A stretch of 64,000 nucleotides of DNA from assembly GCA_965209055.1 (NCBI GenBank), contig OZ242374.1, forward strand, positions 3,392,001 through 3,456,000, read 5' to 3'. The position numbers and the translations under genes are program-made. Position 1 is the stretch's first letter. Every line of letters begins with the position of its first letter. This document shows, piece by piece, positions 54,916 through 64,000 of this stretch. A model generated the notes under the pieces. That model was not told where the DNA came from. It saw only the letters and a program-made list of their open reading frames with translations, and made no database searches. The stretch is from Acidobacteriota bacterium. Its GTDB lineage: Bacteria; Acidobacteriota; UBA6911; RPQK01; JAJDTT01.

Positions 54916-55745
54916 TAGCTTTCCCCCGCGTACCGGCCGGACACGCCGTGGGCCAGCAGCGCGACGCCGATGGCGGTCAGGGAGAGCGCCAGGCCGGGAA
55001 AGACTGTGATCCACCACTGCGTCTGCAGGTAGAGCCGGCCGTCGGCGATCATGGCTCCCCACTCGGGAGTCGGAGGGTTGACTCCCGCCCCCAGAAACGA
55101 GAGCGACGACACGGTCAACACCACGATGACGAAGTCGCTCAGTCCGTAGGCGACGGTCTCGCTGTAGACGTTGGGAAGGATGTGCCGGACCAGGACCCGC
55201 AGCCGCGAATACCCGAGGACGCGGGTCGCCTCCACGAAGTCGGCGTTCCTCAGGATCAGGGCCCGGGAACGCGCTATACGAGCGTAGCGGGCCCAGTTCA
55301 CCGCCGCGAGCCCGATCAGGAGACCGGTGACCCCCGGACCCACGACTGCCACGATGGCGATGACCAGCACCACGAAGGGGAAGGCGTTGATGGCGTCGAT
55401 CAGCATCAGCCACAACCAGGCCACGAGACGGTTCCGGGTCGTCCCCAAAACGGCTCCCAGGAAGGTCCCGATGAGAAGCGGCACCGAGACCCCGATGAGC
55501 GCCAGGATCAGGTCCAGTCGGCCCGCGGCGAAGGTCCGGGTGAAGACGTCTCTTCCCAGTTGATCGGTGCCGAAGAGATGTTCGCCGCCGGGGGCTGACA
55601 ACGGAGGCCCGGTGGCGCCGACGGGATCGTGGGGACTGAGCAGAGGGACCAGAACGCTCAGGGCGATCACCAGCAGGACGATGGATATCCCGACCAGGGC
55701 GGAACGATTGAGATCCACGGGCAGAAGCCGCCGTAGTTGCTTCAT
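54915..55745 (-). CDS. dppC: Peptide ABC transporter permease
   Basis: HLFGTDQLGRDVF, FVEATRVLG, HILPN, LSFLGAG, PEWGAM. Confidence 0.92.
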   Translation of the reverse strand: MKQLRRLLPVDLNRSALVGISIVLLVIALSVLVPLLSPHDPVGATGPPLSAPGGEHLFGTDQLGRDVFTRTFAAGRLDLILALIGVSVPLLIGTFLGAVLGTTRNRLVAWLWLMLIDAINAFPFVVLVIAIVAVVGPGVTGLLIGLAAVNWARYARIARSRALILRNADFVEATRVLGYSRLRVLVRHILPNVYSETVAYGLSDFVIVVLTVSSLSFLGAGVNPPTPEWGAMIADGRLYLQTQWWITVFPGLALSLTAIGVALLAHGVSGRYAGES

Positions 55746-56743
55746 GAGACTCGGATCCGCGGATCGAGCCAGCCGCTGACCGTATCGGACAGGAAGCTGA
55801 CTATGACCACGATGAGCGCGAATATCAGGACGATCCCCTGGACCACGGGATAGTCGCGCAGCAGGACCCCCTCGACGACCAGGGCCGTCCCCATCCCCGG
55901 AAGATTGAAAACGATCTCGACCACCACCGTGGCGCTCAGAAGTTGTCCCAGGATGTAGCCCAACAGGCTGATGGTGGGGGCCAGCGAAGGCCGCAGCAGG
56001 TAGCGCCACACCAGGACCGGGGCCGGCAGTCCCCGGACGATGGCCGTCTCCACGAACTCCTGCTCCATGGTCTCGGCGATGGAACTCTGGAGGACCCGGG
56101 CCAGGATCGGGACCAGAGCCCCGCTCATGGTCAGGGCGGGGAGCCAGAGATACTGGAGGTTGCCCGGGAACCCGGGTTGATACCCCGCCACCGGGGCCCA
56201 ACCGAGGCGCACCGCGAAGAGGAGAATGAGAAGCAGCCCGAAGTAGAAGGAAGGAGTGGCCAGTGAGACGGAGGTGGCGACCCGGAAGGCATGGTCGAAC
56301 CAGGTGCCGCGGAGCAGGGCGGCGGCAACCCCCAGCGGAATCGCCATCAGGAGGGCCATCAACACCGTCACGCCGATCAGCCAGGCGGTCATGGGAAGCG
56401 TCCGGGCGACGACCGAGTTGACGCTCTGTCCAGTCTGAATCGAGGTGCCCAGGTCGCCCTGCGCCACCGACGCCAGGTATCTGGCGAACTGTTGAGGAAG
56501 ACTCCCCTCGAGTCCCAGGATCTCCCGGTACTTGGCTACCAGTTCCGAGGTGGCGGCGTCCCCCAACAGGAGTTCCACCGGATCGCCGGGGATAAGATGG
56601 ATCAGAGTGAAGGTGACCAGCAGCACGCCCAACGCCGCCAACGCGGCCCGGGCGAGATGGCGGAGGCTCCTGGTGAGAAGGTGGGTGCCACTGGCATCAG
56701 GGGGTGCGGTCCGGGCGGAATCGGGAGGCGCTCCGTTACTCAC
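55742..56743 (-). CDS. dppB: Peptide ABC transporter permease
   Basis: PGDPV, GDLGTS, VEIVFNLPGMG, RDYPVVQG, LDPRIR. Confidence 0.93.
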   Translation of the reverse strand: MSNGAPPDSARTAPPDASGTHLLTRSLRHLARAALAALGVLLVTFTLIHLIPGDPVELLLGDAATSELVAKYREILGLEGSLPQQFARYLASVAQGDLGTSIQTGQSVNSVVARTLPMTAWLIGVTVLMALLMAIPLGVAAALLRGTWFDHAFRVATSVSLATPSFYFGLLLILLFAVRLGWAPVAGYQPGFPGNLQYLWLPALTMSGALVPILARVLQSSIAETMEQEFVETAIVRGLPAPVLVWRYLLRPSLAPTISLLGYILGQLLSATVVVEIVFNLPGMGTALVVEGVLLRDYPVVQGIVLIFALIVVIVSFLSDTVSGWLDPRIRVS

Positions 56744-58327
56744 CTACTCACCGGTGGAAGACGGGTCAGAGTGTCGCTGCAACTCGGCCAGGGTTGCCAC
56801 CATGGGATTGGTGCCGGGCGGGAGGTTGGCTTCGAACAGGATCTTCCGGTCGATCCGGCTCCCGACCAGAACGACCCGCTCCGAAATCGGGACGAGCGGC
56901 ATGTCTTGAAGCGCCAGTTCCTGGGCGCGATGGATGAGCTCGATTCTCCGGTCGAAATCAACGGCGACGGAGGCCGAGTTCACCAGACGGATCACCTCCG
57001 GGTTGCGGTAGCGAAGGGCTTCGGTCCAGAATGCCCCCGGAATCCATTGACTCCTGAAGAAATTCATGGGACCCGCGGCCAGGCCCGAAAACTGCATCTC
57101 GTAGCCTCCGGAACGAAGATTGGAGCCGGCCACGGCATCCTCCAGGGGTTCCACCTGAACCTGGATTCCAAGGTCTTGCAGGTTGGCGGCAATGACCAGA
57201 GCGGCATCCGTCCAACCGCTGCGTTGGCCCCAGGCCTGCAACGTCACGCTGAAGCCGTCACTGAAGGGAGTCTTGGCCAACAGCTCCCGCGCGGCCTCAA
57301 GGTTCCGCTTTCCGCCGAAGGGAAGGTTGAACAGGCTTTCCGGCGGTCCCGCGTACTGGAATCCCCGGGCCGGAGGCGAAATGCCGCCGAAGGCCTTCTG
57401 ATTGACCTCATCCCGGTCGATGGCCAGCGAGATCGCCTGCCGGACCTGAGCGTTCCGCAAGGGGTGACCGTCCGGCAATCCGCCATTGAAGGCAACGTGG
57501 TACTGGCCGTTGTGAGGGGCGGGGTAAGTCTCGACCCCCGCCGGCAACGAAGCCCTCGCCGTCACCGGCAGGTCGTACACGTAGTCGATGGTCCCGGCAG
57601 CCAGTTGCAACACCCGGGAGGTGGGGTCGGGCACGGCAACCAGCTCGATCCGCTCGATGGCCATGGCACCCCGGACATAGTTGGGATTGGCCTCGATCAC
57701 CCACCTTGAAGCCCCGGGAATCCATTCCTTCAGCACGTAGGGACCGGAGCTGACCGGATGGCGGAAGTAGTCGGGATCCTCTTCGATCCGGGACTGCGGA
57801 TGGAGCCCCATGGCCATGTGGGCCAATGCCAGCGGAAGATCCAGGTAGGGTTCCTTCAGGTGGAAAACGACCGTTTTGGGGTCTGGCGCCTCGACCTCCC
57901 GGATGGGCGGCAGCAGCAGCGCGAAGTACGGTCCGGGATGATCGCGGTTCCGCGTGTAGGCGAAGACGGCGTCCCCGCTTGTGACCGGCGTGCCGTCCGA
58001 ATAGACCAACCCCTCCTTCAGGGTCACGGTGGCCGTCAGGCCGTCGCCGGAGACCTCCATGGATTCGGCCAGCTCCGGCTCCACCGACCAGTCGTGATTC
58101 AGCCGGAAGAGCTGTCCGGCGATCAGGTACAGGGTGACGATGCTGGGTTGATGGGTGGAGCCCAGAATGTCCAGATTGGTGAGCTTCGAACTCAGGGAGA
58201 TGGTGACCGAAGGGATGGGCAGCTCGTCCCGTCTCTCCCTCGGGTCGGCGCCGCCTGGACCCGCCGGTCCGCATCCGGGCAGGGTCGCAACACAAAGCAG
58301 CCACGCCAAGAGAGAAAGTCCTCGCAT
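56744..58327 (-). CDS. dppA: Peptide ABC transporter substrate-binding lipoprotein (SBP_bac_5)
   Basis: LPGC lipobox, PELAES, YSDGTPVT, SGPYVL, VRQAISLAIDR. Confidence 0.9.
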   Translation of the reverse strand: MRGLSLLAWLLCVATLPGCGPAGPGGADPRERRDELPIPSVTISLSSKLTNLDILGSTHQPSIVTLYLIAGQLFRLNHDWSVEPELAESMEVSGDGLTATVTLKEGLVYSDGTPVTSGDAVFAYTRNRDHPGPYFALLLPPIREVEAPDPKTVVFHLKEPYLDLPLALAHMAMGLHPQSRIEEDPDYFRHPVSSGPYVLKEWIPGASRWVIEANPNYVRGAMAIERIELVAVPDPTSRVLQLAAGTIDYVYDLPVTARASLPAGVETYPAPHNGQYHVAFNGGLPDGHPLRNAQVRQAISLAIDRDEVNQKAFGGISPPARGFQYAGPPESLFNLPFGGKRNLEAARELLAKTPFSDGFSVTLQAWGQRSGWTDAALVIAANLQDLGIQVQVEPLEDAVAGSNLRSGGYEMQFSGLAAGPMNFFRSQWIPGAFWTEALRYRNPEVIRLVNSASVAVDFDRRIELIHRAQELALQDMPLVPISERVVLVGSRIDRKILFEANLPPGTNPMVATLAELQRHSDPSSTGE

Positions 58328-58566
58328 AGAGGCAGATTCTATCTGAGACAGCGGCACGCGGCCAGCCGCCCGGCGGGTGTCGACCGCCGGGCCATGCCAC
58401 CCTCGGCTTACTCTGCTTGGCACGATCCAGCCGGGACGGGGCCCGTTTTTCGATTGCGATCGCGGTTTGGAGATTTCCGTTCCCGCAGAATAGGAAGATG
58501 ACCATGCCACCAGGAATACGTCCGATAGACATCAAGAATCAGTTCGGTTGGGCTCGGAAAACGCGC

Positions 58567-60064
58567 ATGTATCGGGTTCTTGCGAATGTTGGGTTGCTGA
58601 CCGGTCTCGCGACCGCGGCCGGTTTGGCCTCAACTGGCGAAGACTGGCGCATGGCGTTGCTGCGGGAACTCTCCCAGGCGTACCTGGAGGAGGAGGTCAC
58701 GCCGGAGCTCACCGGAGACGAGCGCCGACAACAGTTGGATCGCCTCTTTCGGGAGCTGGGCCGTCGCTTGGCCGACTCGGGAAGCGCCGCCGTGCCGGTG
58801 CGTCATATCGCCTCTCTGGCGCTCCTCGGGAGTGAGTTGGCGGATCCTGACGGTCAGGCCTCGAAGACGCCCGATGTTGACAAGGTTGCGCCAGGAGAAC
58901 CGGTCACGGAGCCCGCACCTGAAGAACCGCTCGGGGCGGCGAGTCTGACCAAGGGTCAGGAAGGTTTTCGCCAAGCCATTGAGCAATTCCAGGATTTGCC
59001 CCTTACGGAACGCATGGTCATGACCGGCGACGTCACTTCGGGAGTGCAGATGGCGACGGTGCCTGGCAATACGCCGGATCTGACCTCGGTCTTTGGGAGG
59101 ACTCGCGTGAACTTTACGTTGAGAGCCCTGCCCGCCCGGAGCCAGGTCTGGGACGAGGGCTACTTCTTCGTTCAGATCGGGGCCGCAGGCGGACCCTTCG
59201 ACAGTTCCCCGGTCGGCGGTCCAGCGTCATTCAGCAGCTTCAATGACGTCGCCAGTGATCGCAGCCGCTTCAACGAGCCCATCGCGCGGGGAAATCTCTA
59301 CCTTGGAAAGGCCTTCTATGAGCAGGGCCTTCGCTGGGGAGGCAATCGCCTGAGTGCGAGAGCCGGCGTTCTGGACATCTCGGACTACTTCGATGCCAAC
59401 GAATTCGCCAACAACGAAGTTCGACAGTTCGTCAACAGCGCATTCGTAAACGGGGCTGCCTACAAGACCGGGGTCATTGCTCCAGGCTTGGTCGGAGAAT
59501 ATGAACGGCCGTTGGAGCACGAGAGATTCAAAGGGGTCGTCTTGCGCCTGGGATACGCGGTATCCAGGACCGAAAGGGCCTTCACCTCTCCCCTCTGGTC
59601 GACGGAAGCGGCGCTGCGGACGGTATTGGGGAATTATCCGGGAAATTGGCGCATCGGTATGACTCTCGGCAACGTGGCTGGAGAAGGGGGCGTCAGCGGC
59701 ATCTACGTGAGCGCGGATCAGTGGGTCAGCGCCCGCGTCGGACTGTTCGGACGTTACGGAGTGGGCAATTCCGGTTCGGGCTCCCTGGTCTTCGGTCCGG
59801 TCCTCGTATTCGGGGGGGATCCAGTGGCGTTTCGCCAGTGAAGGCCTTCAGGACTCCGCCTTGGGCCTCGCCTTCTCACAGGCGTTCCGGATCGATGACG
59901 GGGAATCCCATACCTCCGAGAAAGTGCTGGAGACCTACTACCGGTGGCAGATCACTCGAAACTTCGCCGTGACTCCCGACTTTCAGTTGGTCTTCGGGTC
60001 TGGTGGAAGACCGGCCAAGGGGACCCAGGGTGTGGTCGGAGCCCGGGTCCACGTGAGCTTCTGA
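58567..60064 (+). pseudogene. OprB-like carbohydrate-selective porin split by a frameshift near 59800-59818
   Basis: DISDYFDANEFANNEVRQFVNSAF in the first frame. The +1 frame continues SYSGGIQWRF...EKVLETYYRWQITRNFAVTPDFQLV...VVGARVHVSF with a terminal Phe. Confidence 0.8.
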
Positions 60065-60066
60065 AC

Positions 60067-60094
60067 TCGAGCGGGGCCCGAAAGGTCCGCTCGA
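60067..60094. terminator. Hairpin between convergent genes
   Basis: TCGAGCGG...CCGCTCGA stem with a GAAA-containing loop, right after the porin stop. Confidence 0.5.
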
Positions 60095-60173
60095 TCACGA
60101 TGGACACGGAGGAGTGGATGAGCAGCACGTCGTTCGCCCCACCGAAGGCTCGGGGCGACACGTGCTGGAGTAT

Positions 60174-60350
60174 CTATTGATTGAACCGGTCGGCGACAAA
60201 GCCCAGTATAAAGACAAAAATCGTACCCACGAGGCCCATGATCCATCCTGATGCACCCTCTGTCCTAATCACGATCAACGAGACGAGAAACAGACCCGTC
60301 AGGAATCCGAATATCACTAGCTGCTTTGAGCTCCACTTGTGTCTTGCCAT
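60174..60350 (-). CDS. Small two-TM membrane protein
   Basis: MARHKWSSKQLVIFGFLTGLFLVSLIVI...WIMGLVGTIFVFILGFVADRFNQ. AGGAGAGG upstream. Confidence 0.6.
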   Translation of the reverse strand: MARHKWSSKQLVIFGFLTGLFLVSLIVIRTEGASGWIMGLVGTIFVFILGFVADRFNQ

Positions 60351-60491
60351 GTTGTTGGCGCCATCCTCTCCTGGAGTCACTTGGGTACCCCAATCTTCTT
60401 CAGAGCGCCGCCGCAATCGCCGGCGTTCTTGCCCATGAGTGCTTTCTCGGCATGATCGCCGGACCGTTCACGTGGCGGGCGCGCCCCCTGG

Positions 60492-62189
60492 CTAGTAGAC
60501 CGCGATGGCGCGGCCGGTTCCGCCGTGCGCTCCCTCGATCCTGGGTGCGGCAAAGATGAAGTAGGCCTTGGCCGGTACGGACCCCACTCGTGTCAGGTAC
60601 TCCACCCCCACCATCCCGCGGCTTCCCAGGGCCCAATAGGTCATGACGGCTTTCTTGGGATCGACGCCTCCCAGCGTCGGCCCGTCCGTCGCCACGCAGC
60701 GGATTCCCCGGTCCGCCAGATATTGGACAGCCTCCGCTCCGGGCGCCGGCCATCCCTCCCGTTTCCCGTCGAGGGGGTCCTTCATGCAGGCCTTGTCCTG
60801 GGGAAACGGCTTCAGGTAGACGTCGCTGTACCCGCTGTGGAAGATGACCACTTCCCCTGGTTTCAGCTCGCCGGACTGTTTTTCGTACTCCCGGATGTCC
60901 TCCGGCCCGATGACCGGAGACGCCGGCCAGTCGGACTCGTTCGTGGAGCCGATCAGGTGCTTCACGTCGATGACCCGGGCCCAGCCGGCGGTCTGGGATA
61001 GAGGCACCTTTTCGGCGGTGACGTCGCTGAACCCCCTCGGTCCGTGGTTTTTCTCGTATTCACCCAGCCACTCCCGCACCTGAGGCGAGTAGGCGGCGGG
61101 GTCGAATCCTTCCGGGGGGAGGGCGTAGGTGGGAGGCACCAGATTCGTGCCCACATGGCTGTCGTAAGCGCGCTGATGTTGCGCCGGGATATAGGGAAGC
61201 GGAAGCACATGCTGGTAGTAGCGATAGCGGGAATTGCCCGCTCCGGGACCGGGCCACCAGACCGGCAGGTCTTCCGAGAGTTGGACGGAGAGGTCGATGA
61301 CCCTGTGCTGGCGCGCCCCTTCGATCAACCACGGCGCCAGAGGTTCCCCGACGATGCCGAAGGCCCGGACCTCGGCGCCGATGCCCCCTCCGTGTTTCGG
61401 TGGCAACTGGAGGTAGACGGCTCCCGTCGTCGGGAGCTGGTCCAGATTCCGGGCCCCTTCCGTCCAGAGCATTCCGTATTTCAGACCGGCGCCATGGGTT
61501 TCCATGGCCCCCGGGGGCGGAAGCGGTCCCATGCTGGGACTGTCAATCCCTGCGGTGAGAACCCCCCGGCTTCCCACGTAGTCCATGGTCTCGGCGTCGG
61601 GCCCCGGCCAGGCCGTCTTTTCGCCCGCCGCGACCTGGGCCACGAAACCCAGTCCCTCGGGCAACGGCTTGAAGTACTTGTCGTTGTAGCCGCTCCGGAA
61701 CAGGACCACATCACCCGGGCCCAGGGGCCGGTGGCGCCGCTCCCAGTCCTGGACGTGCTGCTTGCGGATCAGGGGACTGTGCCCGATGGGGGCATCGTCC
61801 AGCAGGTCGCGCACGTCGATGACGCAGGCCTCCCCCAGGAATTGCCAGATCGGCACCCGTTCGGGCGTGATCTTGCCGATCTCCCTGGGAACCGGGCCGT
61901 GAGCGGGCGAATCGAATTGGGTCCCGGTGTTCTCGTCGATGGTGATGATGTCGCTGTTGTAAGGGCCGCGCGGGCCGATCTTGAGGTAGTGGTTGATGTG
62001 GAAGTAGGGAAAGATGTCCGGCCAGTTCACGGGGTATTCCTGAGAGACCAGCAGGGTGAGGTCCAGGAACCGGACATCCTCCCCGGCTCCGGAAACTTCG
62101 CCGGCCGGCGCCAAGGACGCCAGCGCCATCGATACGAGGAGCACAATCACGGCGCTCCATCCAATTCGACTGGGAGAGTGTGCTTTCAT
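60492..62189 (-). CDS. Exported cyclase (kynurenine formamidase-like) protein with two tandem domains
   Basis: Signal peptide. DLT/DLS starts, ENTGTQFDSPAH, GEACVIDV, GDVVLFRSG, GIDSPS, repeated in a second domain (GEVVIFHSG, VATDGPT). Confidence 0.85.
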   Translation of the reverse strand: MKAHSPSRIGWSAVIVLLVSMALASLAPAGEVSGAGEDVRFLDLTLLVSQEYPVNWPDIFPYFHINHYLKIGPRGPYNSDIITIDENTGTQFDSPAHGPVPREIGKITPERVPIWQFLGEACVIDVRDLLDDAPIGHSPLIRKQHVQDWERRHRPLGPGDVVLFRSGYNDKYFKPLPEGLGFVAQVAAGEKTAWPGPDAETMDYVGSRGVLTAGIDSPSMGPLPPPGAMETHGAGLKYGMLWTEGARNLDQLPTTGAVYLQLPPKHGGGIGAEVRAFGIVGEPLAPWLIEGARQHRVIDLSVQLSEDLPVWWPGPGAGNSRYRYYQHVLPLPYIPAQHQRAYDSHVGTNLVPPTYALPPEGFDPAAYSPQVREWLGEYEKNHGPRGFSDVTAEKVPLSQTAGWARVIDVKHLIGSTNESDWPASPVIGPEDIREYEKQSGELKPGEVVIFHSGYSDVYLKPFPQDKACMKDPLDGKREGWPAPGAEAVQYLADRGIRCVATDGPTLGGVDPKKAVMTYWALGSRGMVGVEYLTRVGSVPAKAYFIFAAPRIEGAHGGTGRAIAVY

Positions 62190-63880
62190 TCGGCCTCCTC
62201 GATGCGGACGATCTGGTCTGCTTCAACGTTTGTCAGAACCTGGCTTCCCCCATGGGGCCAGCGGATCTCGACCCGGTCGGCGGCTGCCGCGTCACCCAGG
62301 CCGAAATGGAGCCGGAGGTCGTTCTGGGACAGGAAGCTACCGCCGCTCCTGATACGGCCGGTCCGGGTCTTGGAGCCGGCCACGACCTTCACTCGCGCGC
62401 CTATGGCGGACCGGTTGCCGCGCCTGCCGGTAAGCCGGAACTGGAGCCAGTTCCGCCGGTTTCCTCCGTCATTGCGCAGAAGCGTAGGAGCGTCGTCGAT
62501 GGCCAGCACCAGCAGGTCCAGGTCCCCGTCGTTGTCATAGTCGCAGAAGGCGCCTCCGCGGCTGGACCGGACCGGCGCCTGGTCCAGTCCCACCTGATCG
62601 GTGACATCCTGAAATCCGAACTCGCCGTTTCCCCGAAACAGCAGATCGGGCTGCCGGTAGGTTTCCAACGAAGGCTCCACCTGCGGAAAAATATGCCCAT
62701 TGGCAACGAACAAGTCCAGGTTTCCGTCGTTGTCGAGGTCGAGGAAAAAGGTGGCCCATCCCAGGTAGGGCAGGGTGCGGGTGGCCAGTCCCACCGGCTG
62801 GGAGACTTCCTCGAATCCGCCGGGACCCAGGTTGCGGAAGAAGGGGTAGTACTCTTCGGAGAAGGTCGTGGTGAACAGGTCGATCCGGCCGTCGCCGCCC
62901 ACGTCCCCCACGGCCACGCCCATGTCCGCCTGGGCCGTCCCCTGGGCGTTGTACCCGACTCCCGCCAATAGCGCCGATTCGCGAAACGTCCCGTCCCCGC
63001 GGTTCTGGAAGTAGTAGTTGGGACCGGCGTCGTTGGTGACGAAGAGGTCGGGATGACCGTCATTGTCGAAGTCCTCGAAGACAGGTGAAAAACCGTACAG
63101 GAGCTTGTCGTCCGTCACCCCCGACGTCTGGGTCACATCGGTGAAGGTGCCGTCGCCGTTGTTGCGAAAGAGGATGTCGGGCGCTCCCGTCAGCCCCTTG
63201 GGACCGCACATGACCGGGATGCCCCGGTATCCGCAGAACTCCCCTCTCAGGGGAGGGTTGTCGACGTCGAATTCCAGATAGCGCGCCACGTACAGGTCCA
63301 GCCACCCGTCTCCGTCGTAATCTCCGAACGCCGCGCCTGTGCTCCATTCCCCTCGACCGGAGACTCCCGCGGAGGCTCCCACCTCGGTGAAGGTCCCATT
63401 GCCGTTGTTCCGGTACAGGAGATCGCGGCCGTAGTTGGTCACAAAAAGGTCGATCCACCCGTCGTTGTCGTAGTCGGCCGCCGCCACGCCGTTGCCCAAG
63501 CCGGTCCCGGGCACTCCGGCTTTGGCAGTCACCTGGGAGAAAGTGCCGTTACCCCGGTTGCGGAACAGGAAATTGGGAGCGGAGGCGGCGTCCTCCCGGC
63601 CCGCCATGAGCGCGGCGCTGGAGATGCCGTTGACGACGTAGAGATCGGTCCATCCGTCGTTGTCGTAGTCGATCCAGGCGCAACCGCTGCCGTTCCCTTC
63701 GATGATGAATTTTTTTTGAGGCGTTCCGCAGGTGGTGACCAGGTCCAGACCGGCCTCACGGGTAACGTCCCGCAGAATCGGCAGGGGCCGGGCCAACAAA
63801 AAGAGGGATGGTGTCAAGGCGGAAATCAGAAATAGAAGCGTCGCCGGGAGAGCCGGAGCGAGGGCCTGTCGTGTCCGCAT
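62186..63880 (-). CDS. CRTAC1 family FG-GAP/ASPIC-UnbV protein
   Basis: DYDNDGWxDL repeats, SSRGGAFCDYDNDGDLD, NRSAIGARV, GGSFLSQNDLRLHFGLG. Confidence 0.9.
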   Translation of the reverse strand: MRTRQALAPALPATLLFLISALTPSLFLLARPLPILRDVTREAGLDLVTTCGTPQKKFIIEGNGSGCAWIDYDNDGWTDLYVVNGISSAALMAGREDAASAPNFLFRNRGNGTFSQVTAKAGVPGTGLGNGVAAADYDNDGWIDLFVTNYGRDLLYRNNGNGTFTEVGASAGVSGRGEWSTGAAFGDYDGDGWLDLYVARYLEFDVDNPPLRGEFCGYRGIPVMCGPKGLTGAPDILFRNNGDGTFTDVTQTSGVTDDKLLYGFSPVFEDFDNDGHPDLFVTNDAGPNYYFQNRGDGTFRESALLAGVGYNAQGTAQADMGVAVGDVGGDGRIDLFTTTFSEEYYPFFRNLGPGGFEEVSQPVGLATRTLPYLGWATFFLDLDNDGNLDLFVANGHIFPQVEPSLETYRQPDLLFRGNGEFGFQDVTDQVGLDQAPVRSSRGGAFCDYDNDGDLDLLVLAIDDAPTLLRNDGGNRRNWLQFRLTGRRGNRSAIGARVKVVAGSKTRTGRIRSGGSFLSQNDLRLHFGLGDAAAADRVEIRWPHGGSQVLTNVEADQIVRIEEAE

Positions 63881-64000
63881 CCCACGACCTAACGTAGCAC
63901 ATGCGCAACGCAGCAAACGGTCGTCAGGCGACACGCGGAGGGGATCCAGTTCTTGCCGACCGGACAGATCACGTTTCGAAAAAAACCAAACAAAAAACCA

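Noticed and set aside
63975-64000. A-rich tail AAAAAAAAACCAAACAAAAAACCA
   Set aside because: Low-complexity sequence at the window end, possibly a contig-end artefact; not interpretable.

Overview
GC-rich bacterial chromosome segment. Its gene content (GWxTD, CRTAC1/ASPIC-UnbV, TPR, DUF1501 and DUF1549/DUF1553 modules, PVC-type cytochrome, FGE-sulfatase, many TA pairs) suggests an Acidobacteriota-like organism, possibly a host-associated symbiont (inference only). The left end (1-2750) is the edge of an integrated element. It holds a HEPN-like ORF running off the window, an FN3 mini-protein, a frameshifted excisionase, an intact tyrosine integrase and a decayed tRNA-like att sequence. The rest is mostly periplasmic and catabolic genes: tandem Tat-exported M19 dipeptidase paralogs, glycosidase-like proteins, PhyH, DUF1080 x2, an E1a/E1b/E2 dehydrogenase cluster, sugar and peptide ABC transporters, SDR/VOC pairs, an aldolase, a split OprB-like porin and a double-domain cyclase. 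These are interspersed with four complete type II TA operons, one orphan antitoxin and a dispersed GGAG-footed REP-like palindrome family. The three most notable observations are (1) a 920-aa crotonyl-CoA carboxylase/reductase-like protein with a duplicated Rossmann domain fused to an enoyl-CoA hydratase, retaining the CO2-binding residues, (2) an in-frame TGA in the second dipeptidase paralog exactly opposite a Cys of the first copy (selenocysteine candidate or nonsense mutation), and (3) a 22-aa-repeat/HNH-like/membrane protein sitting where the toxin should be behind an orphan VapB. No CRISPR array, rRNA or intact tRNA was seen. All family calls are by-eye motif recognition; no searches were run.
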